Positions 23,723 to 35,239 of a stretch of 64,000 nucleotides of DNA are shown here, piece by piece. A program made the position numbers and the translations under genes. The stretch lies in assembly GCF_000143415.4 (NCBI RefSeq), contig NW_003314273.1:1312074-1376073 (forward strand). The letters are read 5' to 3'. The notes beneath the pieces were generated by a model that was given only the letters and a program-made list of their open reading frames with translations, searched no databases and was not told where the DNA came from. Source of the DNA: Selaginella moellendorffii. Lineage: Eukaryota; Plantae; Lycopodiophyta. Position 1 is the first letter of the stretch; every line of letters begins with the position of its first letter.

Positions 23723-26700
23723 GTTCGCAGGGCCTTATGAGATTGAGGTACGAATCGGTAAAGTGTCTTACCGTCTCCGACTTCCTCAACAGATGGGGAA
23801 GATGCACCTAGTGTTCCACGTGAACTTACTCAAGCCGTACTTTAAGGATCCACTTTGCAAGGACCAAATAAGACCTTTACCTGAGGTTATCCAAGGGGAA
23901 GAGGAATACGAAGTCGAGGCCATCCTCAATGCCCGCAAGAGCAAGTAACAAAGACATGAGGTGAGAGAGTTCCATGTGAAGTGGAAAGGATTTCCACATT
24001 GCAAAGCAATATGGGAATTGAAGGAAAACCTATTGAATGCACAAGATCTAGTGGAGGAATTTTTGCAAGATAGAACTCTATGCATTTATGCAAAATTCAA
24101 TTAAAGAATCTATTTGTGAAGTTGAGCAATGGCATATGTTAGGACCCAAAGGCGCGCCGAAGGTAAGCTAATTAGCATGGGTTAGCTAAATCGACCAGGC
24201 ATAGTGAACTACGCCTGACTCCCCACGGGGATGTCGAATTCGTAGACGTATTCTACAGAGGTTGGGTTCGAGTTCCAACCCCCTAGTAAAGCAAGGTTGG
24301 GTTCAAATCCCAACCCCATACTAGGGCATGGTGGGGTGAGGGGTATAGGGACACCTATATTCCATTGTCATGGGCTCTTGGCCAGGGAGGCTAACTTAGG
24401 CACAGTGCTAAGTGGGGGGATGCCCCCAGAGACATGGTCAACAAGTCGTAGGATAAAAAGAGACGTTCGATAAGGGCATCGAACTTCTTCCATGGGTGGT
24501 GGAGTTGTAAGGAACGAACTCCCCGAGGTGTCATAGGCTAAAGGATCCACGAAAGCATGACCGAAATGACAAAGAGTTCATCGGATGGGACCGAGTCTGA
24601 GATCGAGTCCAAGACCGACTTTGAGACCGAGTTCAAGATAGAGTCCGGGTCCGAGTCCGAGGCCGACTCGGAGACCGAGTTCAAGGCCGAGTTTGAGACA
24701 GAGTCCGAGATCCGAGATCCGAGATCGGGTCCGACACCGAGTCCAAAGTCGAGTTCAAAGTCGAGTATGAGATCGGGTCTGAGATCGAGTCAAGGACCGA
24801 GTCCGAAATCAGGTCTGAGATCGAGTCCAAGATCGAGTCCGAGACCAAATCCGAGTACTAATACAAGTCAAGGGGTGAAAGCCCAAAGCATGCATCTCCC
24901 GGGGGGGGGGGGGGGGGGGGGGGGAGGGGGCTGCAGGCTGTTCCAAAAGTATAGTAGGGATAGGGAGGTCCAGGAACCAGTCTTGAAGGAACTTTCCAGT
25001 GGTGCTTCCAAACTGACTTGAGGTTGAGACTGGGGCCGAGGGGCCTTGGGTGGGAGTGAGCATGGACTCGGGTGGTGTCGGAGGGGCCACCCAAAGAAGT
25101 GCTCAAAAGCAGCTCCCACTCCCGAAAGGGAAACCGACTGTGGTGCTCCCGACTCATGTGGAGTGGTGCCCCACTTGAGTACCTTGTGGCTCATTAATCC
25201 TCACCCTTCCTAGGGGCTTGGGCCTTCCCTTTGGGATGGAAGTTTGGGGGTAGAGGTACCCATACCGGGCCGTTAGGCCACGGTGTTTCGCCCCGGCTTT
25301 CCAAAGCAAGTGTTGCACCCAAGGCTTGGGATTTAGAGGGTCCCATGATCAAGTCTTGTTAAACCAAGGGATGTTAGGAACCTGGATGCTTGGTGTGCTT
25401 GGCTACTTGTGCCTGCGAGGAGTGTAGCCGAACCTTAAGTCTAGTCTAACCCGGGGAAGGGGATTGGGAGAGATTTGGGAATTCGTGGATGGATGGCTAA
25501 CGCTCTGTTGTTCGTGTAGTGACTAGCTGAAACTAAGTAGGACCAAGTAGGAGCTGGTACAATAGATGGGAACCTTGGCGAGGGAACTTAGCAAAAGCCA
25601 AGGCAGTGTTGGTCCGATAGACGAGGTAAGCTGGCAAATTGGAAATGAAAAATTTCAGGCTTACATAGAGTAGCATTTGAAGGAACGTAAGTCATGTAGA
25701 TCCTTACCTTCATCATTTCCCAAGTGGCCACTAGTCCTTCATTGGCCTTTCTTGTTCTCCACCAAGACTTGGCATTATCTGCCAAGTATGGTTTGCATAT
25801 AAGACAATCTCTGAGCTCGGTAATCGCAATGCTCAGAAGTAATCCTCCATATTATAAAATCAATTTTCCACCACTTTATAGTCATTCACTCCTTTGAAGA
25901 CCAGTGGGGGCTTTGGTTTGTACTTGGGAACTACTTGAGGGACTGATTCCACTTCAGTTTGTTTGACCTTATCCGGTTCTGCCTTAGTCCCCACCAAATG
26001 GTGCATGCCTTTTGCGCTGTTAGCATCTACAGTCTTTTGCTTTTTCTTCTGCTTCTCGTCATGTTTAGCTTGTATACGAGAGTCTCCAGTAGGTCATTGG
26101 TTAGTGCCAATAGTCCTTCTAGAATGTTCAATCGAACCTTGGATGACCGAACCTCACCACCGGACTTCTGTTTGGAACTTTCCTCACGAAGTACTCCTCA
26201 TATAAGGATTCCTCATCCATAGCTTCCTTTTCAATTGAAAGCTCTATCTCTAAAGGAGGTTTTGTCTCTGCCTTGGTTCATTTATGCTTTGCCTTTGCCA
26301 TCTCTCAGCAATCCACCTCTATCCTTCGCTAGAATTGAGGAAAAAAGCTCTGATACCAAATTGTAAGCCACCATTTTTTCCTTTTCAATTTGCTAGCTTA
26401 CTTCATACATCCAACCACCACAGCTTTGGCTTTAGTTAAGTTCCCTTGCCAAGATTCCTGCTTATTGTATTACCTCTTACTTGGTCATACTTGGTCTTAG
26501 CAACTCACTACACGAGCAATGGAGCGTTAGCCATCCAACCACAAATTCCCAAATTCTCTCCCAATCCCCCTTCCTGGGAGGATTGGATTGGACTGGACTT
26601 AAGGTTTGGCTACACTCCCTGTAGGCACAAGCAGCAAAGTAAACCAAGCCTTCAGGTTCCTAACATCCTTTAGTACAACAAAGTTTGGTCATGGGACCTT

Positions 26701-27754
26701 CTAAATCCCAAGCCTTGGGTGTAACACTTGCTTCAAAACACCAGGGGGAAACACCGTGGCCAAATGGCCCGGTCTACCACCAATAGAAGAAGTTCAATGC
26801 CCACATTGAATGTCTCTTTTTAATCTTACAACTTGTTGACCATGTCTCTAGGGGCATTCCCCCACTTAGCGGTGTGCCTAAGTTAGCGTCCTTGACCAAG
26901 AGCCCATGACAACGAAATATAGGTGTCCCTATACCCCTCACCTCACCATGCCCTAGTATGGGGTTGGGACTCAAACCCAACCTCCGTAGAATACATCTAC
27001 GGATTCGACATCCCCATAAGGAGTCGGATGTAGTTCCCTACGCCTAGTCGATTTAGCTAACTGATGCTAATTAGCTTATATTTGGCATAATTTTGAGTCC
27101 CATTATATAATATTGCTCAATTCCTCAAATAGAATCTTTAACTGAATTTTGCATAAATGCAGAGTTCTACCTTGCAAAAATTTCTCCACTAGATCTTGTG
27201 CATTCACTAGGTTTTCCTTGAATTCCCATATTGCTTTGCAATGTGCAAATGTTTTCCACTTCACATGGAATTCCCTCACCTCACATCCTTGTTTCTTGCT
27301 CTTGCGCGCATTGAGGATGGCCTTGACTTCATATTCCTCTCCCCCTTGGATAACCTTAGGTAAAGGTCTCACTTGGTCCATGCGAAGTGGATCCTCAAAA
27401 TATAGCTTGAGTAAGTTCACGTAGAACATAGGGTCCATCTTCCCCATCTCGCGAGGAAGTCGGAGGCGGTAAGGCACTTTACCAATTCGAGCCTCAATCT
27501 CATAAGGCCCCGTGAACCTACTGTGAGACACCAAATCCCTAGGCCCCAAAGTGGAGCTGGAAGGGCGCCACATGGTAGTGGCCGAAGCGAGAGCCAAACG
27601 AGCGTAACACGTTTGGACCAAAAGCTCCGACTTGAAAAGTCAAGAGCGGGAGTGGAACTCCCAACGAAGTGCTCGAGGAACGAGCATGAAGCGAGCAAAA
27701 GGCGAGGCTCCAAAAAGGGACCCAAAAGGACCAACACATGACACATGGGAGTGT

Positions 27755-28280
27755 CCGAGATGGACTCGAGTTGGAGTCCGAAGTGGAGTCCGAGATGGAC
27801 CCGAGTTGGAGTCCGAAGTGGAGTCCGAGATGGACCCGAGATGGAGTCCGAGATGGAGTCCGAAGTGGAGTCCGAGGTGGACCCGAGATGGACCCGAGTT
27901 GGAGTCCGAAGTGGAGTCCGAGATGGACCCGAGATGGAGTCCGAGATGGAGTCCGAGATGGAGTCCGAAGTGGACCCGAGATGGACCCGAAATGGAGTCC
28001 GAGATGGAGTCCGAGATGGACCCGAGATGGAGTCCGAGATGGAGTCCGAGATGGACCCGAGATGGACCCGAGATGGAGTCCGAGATGGAGTCCGAGATGG
28101 AGTCCGAAGTTGAGACCGAGACCGGGACCGAGATCGAGACCGAGACCGAGACCGAGACCGAGATCGGAACCGAGACCGAGACCGAGGCCGAGGCCGAGAC
28201 CGAGCCCGAGCCCGAGTCCGAGTCCGAATCCGAGTCCGAGTCCGAGTCCGAGTCCGAGTCCGAGTCCGAGTCCGAGTCCG
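27755..28280. repeat. 6/12-bp minisatellite in the LTR ((GAGATGGAGTCC)n grading into (GAGACC)n and (GAGTCC)n); second copy 33658-34183
   Basis: Read directly from the sequence. It produces low-complexity ORFs in all six frames. Confidence 0.95.
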
Positions 28281-31200
28281 GAGCCTGAGAGGGTGAAAGC
28301 CCAAAGCGTTCGTCTCCCAGACCCTGGGGGGTTTGGTGAGCTCCAAAAGTATAGTAGGGGGAGGACTGCAGTGGAGCCAGTTTGGCCAGGAAAGGCCAGT
28401 TTGGCCGAGGAAGGCCGGACCCAGTGTTGGGTGATGAGCTGCCCACTGGGAAGTCCAAGACTAGAGTGAACACGGACCGACAAGTGGGGTAGCTTGGTGA
28501 AGTGTTCAAGAGCCGGCTCTAGTTCCCCCGGGAGATCGACTGGCCGATGCTCCCAGTCCAAGTGTGGGTGGCACTACCTACTTGGATACCTGTCGTGGCT
28601 CAACGGAACCTCGCTCTAAGCCCATGGCTAGAGCACCTAAAGGCGAAAGACGAGGAGAGTACCCAGGTGGCTCGCGTAAGGCCACGGTGTTCCGAAATGT
28701 TGTCCCAAAGGCCCAGACTGTGGAAAGGAAGAGGAGCAGTCCTCTGGGGTAGTGACCAAGGACACAGTCGTGTGGTGAGGAAGTCCCAGAGGGCCGTGGG
28801 ACTTAGTGGTCGGGCCTGTGGGTCTCGATCCAGTGGCAGTGTTGGCAAACACGGCCAGGGGCAGGAAGGGACTTAGTGGGGACTGACCGAGGGATATTGG
28901 GGAAGGCTATTCCCCTTGTCGGTGGGCATCCTAAGGATGCTAAGGAGTGGATCTGAGATGACCACTCACGGATGGTTTGCCTAGTCTTGGAGAGCCAAGA
29001 CGGGGATGCAAGTGGTATTGGACTACCAGTGTGGCAAAGGTGATTGGGCATGGCCTTAGCGTAACAGGCCGCTATGTCGGTGGTACCTTTGAGTGTCGGT
29101 CATGGGATCGGACACGTGGAGCACTTGGACCAAGTGCAAATGTTGAGTGGCATGGATGCCATTCTCGGGGCTAGCAAGTCCCAAGTCCTGGATTGGACTT
29201 ATGGAGGTTGTGAATGAGACTCCTCCAAGTGGTCAGAGGTGTGGTTAAGTGACTAAAGTAGAATGGAAAATTTAGTCGCTTACAACTTGGTATCGGAGCT
29301 GTTCCTTAGTCCGACTTTTATTGGTGCTCAAGTATATCACCACTAGTGTTGGCATCGGAAGGTCCGAGGAGTGGGCCTATCCTTGAGGAGTAGCAAGTCG
29401 GGAAGACATGGCTCTCCATTACAGTTCATGTGTGAACTTGTAGACGAGGTGGTGGATAGAAAAGGGCCAATAATGGAACGACTTTGGGATCTTGGGAACA
29501 GTATATGGTTTTCCTCAAAGAGTTGAGGATGTGATCCAGACGAGCGTTTGACTTAGCAAACTGGCTAATGTAGTTGTGGTAAACAACTAAAGTTGGGATC
29601 ATGGGAAAGATAAAGACTCCAAAGCAATAAAGGAGTCACAAGATTTTCCTCATATAGTTGAGGTTGGTGCTCATGAATGTGAGACCAGAAGCGATGACCG
29701 TGAGAGGTCAAGTATGGATGAGGACACGAGTCCTTGAAATGGTAGCCGGGGCTACCTCTAATAAATGCTGGAACAACCCAAGGAGTTGGGGGTGTATTAA
29801 GTGGATGAGTTGGTATTCTCATCACATGGACAAGTAGTCCTAAGGGGCAAAGGTTGCCCCCAGAGAACAAAATCAAGTGTCGGAGTAACACTTGTGAAAA
29901 TAGTCCTTTTGAGTAGGACAGGAATGCAAGAAGTGTATTCCAGTGAGCTAGTGCCTCACAAATAGGACCTTACGGGTCTGTGGATTAACCAAGTCCAAAA
30001 CTGCTGGATGACTCAAGTGGAGTCAACGGATGGTCCTAAAAGGACTGATAGAAGCATTTGGACTGAGGTGTGTTGTACCCCACAAAGGATGGGGGGGGAT
30101 CATAGGATCCAAGGATGAGAACAGAGGGTATCTCATCGATGGCAAAATGTGCCATGCTAAAGTCGTGGGAAAGGTATTCCCAAAAAGAAAACAACTTTGA
30201 CACAAAGTTGTGTGTGACCTCTATGGTGCAGTGCTAACGGATGGTTGGCATGAGAAAGAGCGGTGTTGGTCTTGGCAAAGACTTAGACACAAAGAAGAAG
30301 TGTCATAGAGGTAGGCTCGTGGAGCCGATGGTGTGGAGACACCAAATGTGCCAAGGTGTGATACCTTGAGGCTATGTTGGTGGGTTCATGAGAACCCCTT
30401 GCCAAAGGAATCCCAATGGAAATGGGAATGGCATAGCCTAAGCTGCAGAGCATGCAGTTGGAGTGTGGTGACCCAAATAATGATGGAGGTGTGAAAGCAC
30501 CAAGCAATGAGTTGTAGGACTTGACAACTATGAGGCAACTAAGCAAGAGGTGCAAAATAACTGGTTAAACGGGTAGAAGGTAGCTACCCAAGACTTCTAG
30601 CATAGGGAAGTCGGATATACCCTTGCGGGGGATAAGTTGCTTATGTTGCGATATAGTAAGTCAATGTCATAAAAGGAAATACTCATTGTCAAGAAAGCCA
30701 TCATTGGGACACCTGAACACTCTAGAACACCAGAAGGTGGTGTTTGATGTCGCGAGGGCAATGGATAAAGCCCAAGGGACTAAGTCCCTAGCGAATGATG
30801 GATAGAAGGTGCTATCCAAATGTCCAAGGTTGCGGAGACAGGAGAGGACTGTCTACCCAAGTTGGACAAAGCCAAAAATGGAATTTTGGCAAGGCTAGTG
30901 ATGGGCATGTAAAGGCCCATAAGCAACAATGTAATCCCAGTGTGTGGGATTATAAGGTGAGCATACCCGGATTGAGGAACCACTCCCTGGGCTATTGGGT
31001 AGGTTCATCCCTAAGAATACTTGTTAAGGCATGATAGAAAGTGCAAAGCTATCCTCCTGATCTGGAGGAGAATGACCGAAGGAAAGGTGTGAAGCCAAAG
31101 GCAAGTAGTATTGGGATGGAACTGAACCATAGAAATCGAAGGGCATAACCAAGGTTGGTTATGCCAGCTGGGAGTGGGGAATCAAGTGGGGGCTCAAGGG

Positions 31201-33189
31201 TGTTGCCGCTAGCAACCGTGATGCCATGGAGAGTCTAAGTTATGGAATTGTCCATGTTAGACTATGTGGCATTTGGAAGGCTTGCAAAAAGGGAGGCCTT
31301 AGCAAGCTAAGGGACAGAGTTCCTTCAAGGTTCCCAAAGATGATTCTAGGTAGCTTAGTACCTAGAAAGGCCAAGTGTAAATGGTTCATGGAACGCGCGA
31401 AATCAGAGTGGCGCAGCAGAAGCGTGGTCTTGAAGCTTGCCATGAGGCAAGGCTATCAAGGTTAGGGAAGTAGTTCCCGAGTGTTCAAGGAGAGGGCTTT
31501 GAACGAAAGTCAATGGTCAAGGACTTTCACGCTTATGCAGGAACCATGTTACAGTGGTTGGAGGACTTGCCAAGCGAGATTGGCATGTCGGGGGAACAAA
31601 TACCCTAGTTGAAGGTGATAACTTCAAAAAGGGTGGGCCATGGGGCCGAGCATGGAGGAGTCCATGCATGATCACAGACATGTCAAGTGAGAGGACTTGG
31701 CAGTGTGGAGGAACTAGGTTCCTAAGCTGTGATCTGTAGCGCGCTTTAAAAATAAGTTGGTGCACCGGCGTGGGGAGTCACGCCAGGCATCTTGTGTGAT
31801 GCCGTCCGTAGATGCATATACGGAGGTTGGGTTCGAGTCCCGACCCTCTAGTGCTTGGGTTCGAGTCCCAAATCACTAGGGCGTGGTGATGGTTTGGAAT
31901 ATGAGGACACTCATATTTCGGTGGTCATGGACTCTCAGTGGGGAGACTGGTTTGGGCACACCGCCAAGCGAGGGATGCCTCGGAGTCGTGATGCACGGTT
32001 AGATTGCTTAGTGTGAAAGCTTAGCATATCTAACTTGAATGCTTTGGTGCAAGTGGCACCAAGGTCGTGGTGAGTGAGATGGGGACACCTAATCTCAGTT
32101 GCTATGAACCCTTGGCCGTAAGGGCTGGCTTGGGTGCACCGCCAAGTGTGGGGGATGCCCCCGGGGTTATAGTCAACAACTTGGAGGTCTAGAAGACCAA
32201 GTACCTCTTGGCAACTCTGTTAAAGTGCCAAGGTGAGATCACTAGGTGATCTTATGGCCAGATAAGGACAAGGTCCTTGGTTGGCTAAGGAACGAAGTTC
32301 CTGGTTCAAAATGTTGAAATTGAACTATTTAAGGTGGTGTGTCCTGGTCGTGATGACCAAGTGGGAAGATCACCTAAGGGAAATAAACTATGTCCGTGCG
32401 ATGGCATAGTGAGTCCGAGGAAAGTAGTCTCTATAAAAGACCCATGGGAGGGTCACGAAGTTGGGCCGTGGATAGAGCCCATAGCAGAAGATGCTAAGGA
32501 GACGTACTAGGGGTGAACATCCTCCGGACTTGGCAAAGAAGAGTCTTTGCTATGGAACCGAAACAATACCTCAAGAAGGGAGGTAGAGATTCAATGTTGC
32601 TTGGTGCAACAATCAACGGATAGGAGCAAAAGATGAGTGGCCAAGATAGGGCCGTGGAATCCCTTGGAAGGAATCCAAGTGACAAAGTTAGGCGAGGAAC
32701 ACTAATGTGTTGGACGCTAACAAGTTGTGAAAAAGGAAGTGTGTTTCCAAGGAGGGATTCCGAAATGCTCCGATTTGGCGAAAGTGGAAGCTCCAAGGGA
32801 GGGAGTGGTAAGGTAGCCAAATGATAGGGCCATGAACAGCCCTAGCACAAAGTATGATAACTGGAACTTTGGCACGAAATGGAAGAGAGGATGATGGTGC
32901 CCTCGAGTAGAGAACTTCCTAGGATGGGAAGTGGAGTTGCACAAAAAGGTGCAAGGCAAGGTGTCGGAGACACCTAGGAAATTGACTCCAAGAAGTCAAA
33001 ATTCAAAGTTCCAAAGTGCAAAGGTTATATCGATGGAAATCGAGACTACTCGAGAAGGAGTAGTGGGATTGACTTAGAGAAGGGTCTCTAAGAGGTTTAG
33101 CGAGGACTAAATCAATAAAAGGAGAGAACCACTACATGTGGTCCAATCAATCTCTAAGTTGGAGAGACTACCCTCCTTAGAGGATAGGC

Positions 33190-33318
33190 AAGGCATGGTG
33201 AGCCTTTGATGTCAAACCATGGAGGCCTATGCAAAAGGCATGGTGAGCCTTCAATGTTAAACTATTGACGAATATGGAGAAGGCATGGTGAGCCTTCAAT
33301 GTCAAACCATTGACAAAT
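33190..33318. repeat. Three ~45-bp direct repeats upstream of the LARD PPT
   Basis: aaggcatggtgagcctt(t/c)(g/a)atgt(c/t)aaac at ~33190, ~33235 and ~33280. Confidence 0.8.
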
Positions 33319-35188
33319 ATTGGCTAGGTGCCAAGGATGGAAATGGTAACACACGCGAGTGTTACTTTACAAGATGGTTTACCGTTCGATGAGGACATCG
33401 AACTTCGTCTATGGGTGGTGGAGTTGTGAGACACCAAATCCCTAGGCCCCAAAGTGGAGCTGGAAGGGCGCCACATGGTAGTGGCCGAAGCGAGAGCCAA
33501 ACGAGCGTAACACGTTTGGACCAAAAGCTCCGACTTGAAAAGTCAAGAGCGGGAGTGGAACTCCCAACGAAGTGCTCGAGGAACGAGCATGAAGCGAGCA
33601 AAAGGCGAGGCTCCAAAAAGGGACCCAAAAGGACCAACACATGACACATGGGAGTGTCCGAGATGGACTCGAGTTGGAGTCCGAAGTGGAGTCCGAGATG
33701 GACCCGAGTTGGAGTCCGAAGTGGAGTCCGAGATGGACCCGAGATGGAGTCCGAGATGGAGTCCGAAGTGGAGTCCGAGGTGGACCCGAGATGGACCCGA
33801 GTTGGAGTCCGAAGTGGAGTCCGAGATGGACCCGAGATGGAGTCCGAGATGGAGTCCGAGATGGAGTCCGAAGTGGACCCGAGATGGACCCGAAATGGAG
33901 TCCGAGATGGAGTCCGAGATGGACCCGAGATGGAGTCCGAGATGGAGTCCGAGATGGACCCGAGATGGACCCGAGATGGAGTCCGAGATGGAGTCCGAGA
34001 TGGAGTCCGAAGTTGAGACCGAGACCGGGACCGAGATCGAGACCGAGACCGAGACCGAGACCGAGATCGGAACCGAGACCGAGACCGAGGCCGAGGCCGA
34101 GACCGAGCCCGAGCCCGAGTCCGAGTCCGAATCCGAGTCCGAGTCCGAGTCCGAGTCCGAGTCCGAGTCCGAGTCCGAGTCCGGAGCCTGAGAGGGTGAA
34201 AGCCCAAAGCGTTCGTCTCCCAGACCCTGGGGGGTTTGGTGAGCTCCAAAAGTATAGTAGGGGGAGGACTGCAGTGGAGCCAGTTTGGCCAGGAAAGGCC
34301 AGTTTGGCCGAGGAAGGCCGGACCCAGTGTTGGGTGATGAGCTGCCCACTGGGAAGTCCAAGACTAGAGTGAACACGGACCGACAAGTGGGGTAGCTTGG
34401 TGAAGTGTTCAAGAGCCGGCTCTAGTTCCCCCGGGAGATCGACTGGCCGATGCTCCCAGTCCAAGTGTGGGTGGCACTACCTACTTGGATACCTGTCGTG
34501 GCTCAACGGAACCTCGCTCTAAGCCCATGGCTAGAGCACCTAAAGGCGAAAGACGAGGAGAGTACCCAGGTGGCTCGCGTAAGGCCACGGTGTTCCGAAA
34601 TGTTGTCCCAAAGGCCCAGACTGTGGAAAGGAAGAGGAGCAGTCCTCTGGGGTAGTGACCAAGGACACAGTCGTGTGGTGAGGAAGTCCCAGAGGGCCGT
34701 GGGACTTAGTGGTCGGGCCTGTGGGTCTCGATCCAGTGGCAGTGTTGGCAAACACGGCCAGGGGCAGGAAGGGACTTAGTGGGGACTGACCGAGGGATAT
34801 TGGGGAAGGCTATTCCCCTTGTCGGTGGGCATCCTAAGGATGCTAAGGAGTGGATCTGAGATGACCACTCACGGATGGTTTGCCTAGTCTTGGAGAGCCA
34901 AGACGGGGATGCAAGTGGTATTGGACTACCAGTGTGGCAAAGGTGATTGGGCATGGCCTTAGCGTAACAGGCCGCTATGTCGGTGGTACCTTTGAGTGTC
35001 GGTCATGGGATCGGACACGTGGAGCACTTGGACCAAGTGCAAATGTTGAGTGGCATGGATGCCATTCTCGGGGCTAGCAAGTCCCAAGTCCTGGATTGGA
35101 CTTATGGAGGTTGTGAATGAGACTCCTCCAAGTGGTCAGAGGTGTGGTTAAGTGACTAAAGTAGAATGGAAAATTTAGTCGCTTACAC

Positions 35189-35239
35189 CTACTTAAAAAA
35201 CTCAATATCAGTTCATTTCCAGAAATACATGCATTTTAC
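35189..35239 (-). other. Intron 2 homolog (51 nt) in copy G
   Basis: Minus strand cccaaag|GTAAAATGCATG...TTTTTTAAGTAG|g. The downstream exon (FTGPYE) continues at 27517 beyond the insertion. Confidence 0.8.

Larger units (their letters stand above)
22819..25665 (+). mobile_element. Internally deleted family-2 chromovirus copy E (integrase and chromodomain with two introns, 3' UTR, 3' LTR)
   Basis: A ~20-bp 5' LTR stub tgtaaggaaccaactc at 22819. Integrase core 22850-23600, GPY/F and chromodomain (EEEYEVEAIL...FHVKWKGF) to ~24100, PPT 24493-24505, LTR 24506-25665. Flanks TAAAG and TAGAG match at 4/5 as a TSD. Confidence 0.85.
21790..26773 (-). mobile_element. Family-2 chromovirus copy F (5' half: partial LTR, PBS, gag, protease), host of element E
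   Basis: LTR from 26362, PBS (reverse complement gctctgatacca) 26347-26358. gag ~26270-25666 resumes at 22813 (...NATL|HL...), and the protease reads INTGVLDNFV. Homologous to ORF 50891-53059. Confidence 0.85.
27522..35187 (+). mobile_element. Young non-autonomous LTR element (LARD-like), 7666 bp
   Basis: LTRs 27522-29284 and 33425-35187 (1763 bp, TG...CA). All LTR ORFs are identical at offset 5903. PBS tggtatcggagc at 29288, PPT atgggtggtggagt 33411-33424, TSD CCTAC at 27517-27521 and 35188-35192. The 4.1-kb interior has no gag/pol ORF. Confidence 0.95.

Noticed and set aside
24255-24320. tRNA gene or SINE suggested by GGTTCGAGT..C
   Set aside because: Only T-arm-like hairpins are present, with no A-box, D-arm, anticodon arm, acceptor stem or poly(A)/TSD. 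Reported instead as part of the hairpin array.
27755-28110. CRISPR-like array
   Set aside because: Contiguous short tandem units with no unique spacers, in a eukaryotic LTR context.
28280-28320. Hammerhead-ribozyme-like string GGAG-CCTGAGA-GGGTGAAAGCCC-AAAGCGTTCGTC-TCC in the LARD LTR (retrozyme idea)
   Set aside because: The core deviates from CUGANGA and GAAA (one base short, and G12 is missing), and the CTGA part is absent from the homologous module in family-2 LTRs. An Infernal search or an in vitro cleavage assay would be needed to revive it.
27417-28561. Long ORFs of 218-340 aa on both strands (also 33362-34464, 24557-25021 and 41761-42113)
   Set aside because: They are artefacts of a stop-free 6/12-bp minisatellite in LTRs, open in all frames.
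29300-33400. Short ORFs of 60-108 aa inside the LARD interior
   Set aside because: None shows gag, pol or host-gene motifs, and they are consistent with chance ORFs.
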